Below are positions 61,718 through 64,000 of a stretch of DNA of 64,000 bases, one piece after another. Under the pieces are notes generated by a model. It did no database searches and was not told where the DNA came from. It saw only the letters and a program-made list of their open reading frames with translations. The DNA comes from Felis catus. Its lineage: Eukaryota. A program made the position numbers and the translations under genes. Position 1 is the first letter of the stretch. The number at the start of each line of letters is the position of its first letter. The stretch lies in the NCBI RefSeq assembly GCF_018350175.1, contig NC_058368.1:78742001-78806000 (forward strand), given 5' to 3'.

Positions 61718-63502
61718 CACACACTGTGCGTTCCGGACCTTTAAGGTTTCAGTGTCTTCTCCTTAGGTTGTGAAACGATCCCTTTTAGCGTCTCAGACAG
61801 AAACCAGCTATAGCCACTGATTGCTACTGTTTGACTCTTCAAAGAGGGAATTTAAATGACCATCAAGCAATTAATTTTGCTAAATTCATCCAATCTGAAG
61901 GACAACTCTCCAACGAATGAAGTCCATATCCAGTGAATCTTGGATGGATTTAAATTTCAGCTTAAATGTGTATTTTCTATTAGCCATTATGGTCTCCTTT
62001 TACACACTCACCACCACCACCCCCCCCCCCCGCCCACCCAATACACGCAAAGTCACCTTATCCCCCGGTGCTTTTGGTGATTATAACGGTCTTGTACTAG
62101 TGTAGATGAATTCTTATTGGGTTGCATGCTCGACCTATTCACACATGAAGCAATTTACCTAAAGATCTTTTGTGAGGATAAAACAAATGTTTTGGAGGAG
62201 AGTAATTGAAATTAGCACTGGCCTGTTTAATTTAGTTCTGTGATGTGCTTCCCTAATTTCTAATTGGAAGTGCATGGGAAATACCATCTCTAAAAAAATA
62301 AAGGAATTTCCCGAATGAGAAAAGCTTCCTCCTTCCACACACGGATGCTTATTTTTATGGGCCTGAAATAAAATGGAGTTACTTTTATTGTTGCAGATTT
62401 TTATGTAGGAAGCATTTTGCTTTGATTACTTAAATGCTTTCTGCAGTTCTAGTTGAAGCTGGGGATGGGGAGTGGTTTGCTGAGAGATCGCGCAAGTTTC
62501 TCTCTGGAGTTCTGGAAACCGTGAATTGAATTTAGAAATGTGAAGTTAATTGTTAGACTCTGTGATGGTCTGACGTTTTTGCAGAGATATGAAAGCTTTT
62601 AGGTTTATTAAGTATTTTTTCAGATTTGTGGAAACCAAAGGCAATCTTAGCTAAATTTTGGATTTTTTCCCTTCTTCTTCTGTCTTTTCTCCTTCCTTTT
62701 CTTCCTTTGTCCTTCCCTCTCTCCTGCTCTCCGTCTTTCTTTTCCTTCTCCCCTTCCATTTGGTTTAAACGCAAGCAAATCTCTCTGATCTTTAATATAA
62801 CTAAACTCTCTTCTGTACATATTTTAGTGTCCTGGGCATCTGCTGTATGTATTTTATCGTTCAGATTTCAAGAGATTCTTTCTTTAGTAAACTGTGCACT
62901 TGGAAATAAAAATAAACTTCTAAATATAATCTCTCTACTGTAACGTAATTTAACTGTTACTGATGTAATTTGTGTCCTGGAAAACCAAACACTGATTTTT
63001 GAATTGGCTTTGGGAAAGCGGACAATGAGCAGACTATTTAAAATCTAATTAATTTTTTAATGAGAGTGCTAAGAGGAGCTATCATTGGTGGGTGGGGAGA
63101 TGCCTCAGTGTGCCTGGTTGTGAAGCTCCCCATGTGGGGAGAACATCACAGCACATGTTACAAAAGCAAAACCCAAGACAGGAAAAGCCAGTCTCATTCG
63201 AATCCATATAAAGCAAGAAATGGAAACAAAAGACACAGATGGGGAAGGAGAAAGGAAGGTAAGAATGACAAAGGAATCAGGAAAAAATGGAAAAACTAGA
63301 ACCATTAAGTGCATACGTCAAGTTGTTCACAGCAGCATTGAAAACACAAAATATATAATAATATATTTAATAAAATATTTTAACAGAAGATTTCTACACT
63401 GACGACGATGAAACTCTGCAGTGAGAAATGAGAAAAGAGCTAAATAAATGGAGAGGCAAAGCCACATTGATGTGTAGCGACAGTGAATATTTTTGCTCTA
63501 GC

Positions 63503-63951
63503 TGTGGAAGGCTGAATATTATCCCCCAAAGATGCCCACACCCTAATAACCCAGTTCCTGTCAATACATTTGTTACCTGGCAAGGCAGAAGAACTTTGCA
63601 GTTGTGGTTGATTAAGGATTTTGAGATGGAAAGATTTTCGGGGATTACCCAGATGGGTCCTTAAAAGCAGAGAAACATTTTTTCCTGGGTGAGGGTCTGC
63701 GAGAGGTGTGGCTCTGCAAAGATGGTCGGAGAGATGCAGGTTCAAAGGTGAGGGAAGGAATGAGTTGCCTGTAGAGGCTGTAAAAGTCGAGAAACAGATC
63801 TTCCCCGAGAGCCACGAAGGAACATACTGTTGCCAATACCCTTATTTCAACCTTGTGAGACGTGTGTCAGGCTGCTGAATTGTAAGATAATTTCTTTTTG
63901 TTTAAAGCACTACATTTGTGATATTTTTAACAGCCATAGAAAATTAATACA
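63503..63951 (+). mobile_element. Solo MaLR LTR (MLT1D-like) inserted in an old L1 relic
   Basis: TG...CA ends: tgtggaaggctgaatattatcccccaaagatg...gattaaggattttgagatgg...acagccatagaaaattaataca. L1-like flanks (gagctaaataaatggagag; attcccatcaaaatcc). Confidence 0.8.
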
Positions 63952-64000
63952 GTGTCTATTTAAAGCTATTCCCATCAAAATCCTAAACCCTTTCTTCTAG

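Overview
This is mammalian genomic DNA from a carnivore, most likely a felid, judging by SINEC_Fc-type Can-SINEs and cat-type L1 3' ends. The whole window lies inside the + strand gene MYO16 (unconventional myosin XVI). Four internal coding exons splice in frame (8264-8407, 36382-36490, 43581-43705, 53185-53310) and encode part of the N-terminal ankyrin-repeat region. The rest is intron, containing about 28 Can-SINEs (many with target-site duplications, TSDs), three young 5'-truncated L1s, older L1/L2/MIR/MaLR/DNA-transposon relics, a ~670-nt polypyrimidine tract and a 1.25-kb TGCACAC-rich minisatellite. Nearly all ORFs in the supplied track are repeat-derived or random. I found no new protein-coding system, RNA gene or CRISPR-like array. 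The best leads are: (1) the minisatellite, a dense MRE/ZSCAN4-motif array with a 93-bp higher-order repeat and TSD-like flanks; (2) complementary (CA)n/(TG)n tracts and inverted L1/SINE pairs bracketing exons, which could drive skipping or circRNA formation; (3) a perfect fold-back palindrome at an L1 5' junction; (4) a nested SINE stack; (5) a near-consensus REST/RE1 site. Gene and repeat-family names come from recognition of remembered sequences, not from database searches.
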